Positions 63,120-64,000 of a stretch of DNA of 64,000 nucleotides are shown piece by piece. How positions within the stretch are numbered: the first letter of the stretch is position 1; every line of letters begins with the position of its first letter. Source of the DNA: Carcharhinus amblyrhynchos (taxonomy: Eukaryota). The position numbers and the translations under genes were made by a program. The stretch spans positions 20,584,001 through 20,648,000 of the forward strand of contig OZ336873.1 in the NCBI GenBank assembly GCA_965287045.1, given 5' to 3'. Below the pieces are notes generated by a model. The model did no database searches, was not told the DNA's origin, and saw nothing but the letters and a program-made list of their open reading frames with translations.

Positions 63120-63445
63120 TAGAATCGTAGAATCTACACTGCAGAAGGAGACCATTCGGCCTTCCGTGCCTGCAACAACAACAATCCCACCCAGGCCCTA
63201 TTCCCGTAACTCCACATATTTACCCTTTCAATCTCCCTGATACTAAGGGGAAATTTATCATGGCCAGTCAACCTAACCTGCACATCTTTGCACTGTGGGA
63301 GGAAACCGGAGCACCCGAAGAAAACCCACTCAGGCACGGGAAGAATGTGCAAACTCCACACAGACAGTGACCCAAAGCCGGAATTGAACCCGGGTCCCTG
63401 GCGCAGTGAGACAGCTGTTCTAACCACTGGGCCACCGTGCCGTCC
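63120..63445 (-). mobile_element. HE1-type V-SINE, tail A
   Basis: Full head, V-domain and tail. Confidence 0.92.
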
Positions 63446-64000
63446 ATCGTTATCTCCTTTGTTATCCTCTCCATAAATAATATCACAGTGAACCGTAGAC
63501 ACAGATTGGACTGTCATTGTGGGTTGACTATGTTTCACATCTCGAACTTGACCTAAGATTGGCCAAATTGGTCCTCTGTAATGATACTGTCTGGCTATCT
63601 ATCCAATTGCTGGGAATTAAAGGGAAAGTGTGAGAAAATCGCAGGCCTTTGAGCACAGCTTCACCCTTCATGAATTTTGCTAACAGCCCCCTACCCAACC
63701 CCCCACAAACTCACAGCAGGATTGGTCCCAGCTGGACAGCATCACAGCCCTGTCTTTGTAAATGTCTGTTACACATCACTGTGTCTGTGACTGACTAATG
63801 GCTGTGATTGCCCCAGGTCTTGAGACCACAATTGTCTTTATCTAAATAGGTCCAGTTTTTTTCCTCTCTTTCATTTGCATTTTTGTGCTCATTAGAGGGT
63901 AATGGATAAAAAAAAATCTCATAGCCAGGTGGCAAATGGTTACCTTGAAATGACAAGTGGCAGTTAAAACTGAACACAACACGGTGACTGTGTGGATTTT

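Larger units (their letters stand above)
822..64000 (+). other. ZFHX3: Very long ZFHX3 intron (more than 63 kb, 3' end outside window)
   Basis: Starts at GT donor 822. The expected next exon (HLQQHE...CYYHCVLCNYSTKAKLNL-like) is not among the ORFs in the window. The remainder is repeats and non-coding DNA. Confidence 0.85.

Noticed and set aside
4376-63445. Selection against sense-strand SINE poly(A) signals
   Set aside because: 14 minus versus 7 plus copies is too few to conclude anything, and three of four sense tail-B copies still keep AATAAA.
1-64000. Prokaryotic operon, defence system or CRISPR array
   Set aside because: The sequence is a vertebrate intron with no dense coding, operon structure or repeat-spacer arrays.

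Overview
This is eukaryotic genomic DNA from a cartilaginous fish, most likely a shark, judged by about 21 HE1-type V-SINE copies and shark-type CR1 tails. The only intact protein-coding feature is one 497-bp internal exon (325-821, +) of the zinc-finger homeobox gene ZFHX3 (ATBF1). The rest (822-64000) is one intron of more than 63 kb, and the next exon is not in the window. The intron holds tRNA-derived V-SINEs with two different 3' tails, CR1, Rex1/Babar and probable RTE LINE fragments, DeuSINE-type relics, PIF/Harbinger-like MITEs, a hAT-like element, an LTR with its polypurine tract, and palindromic Penelope-derived elements carrying hammerhead-ribozyme-like cores. Highlights: (1) an intronless RPL41 retrocopy missed by the ORF track; (2) a V-SINE subfamily whose tail resembles the Rex1/Babar LINE 3' stem-loop rather than the CR1 tail; (3) a nested pair of hammerhead-bearing palindromes; (4) two local inverted duplications; (5) three candidate recursive-splice sites; (6) repeat-free, motif-dense candidate enhancers. 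All repeat family names come from recognition by eye, not database searches, and repeat boundaries are approximate. I cannot show that any of this is undescribed without searches.
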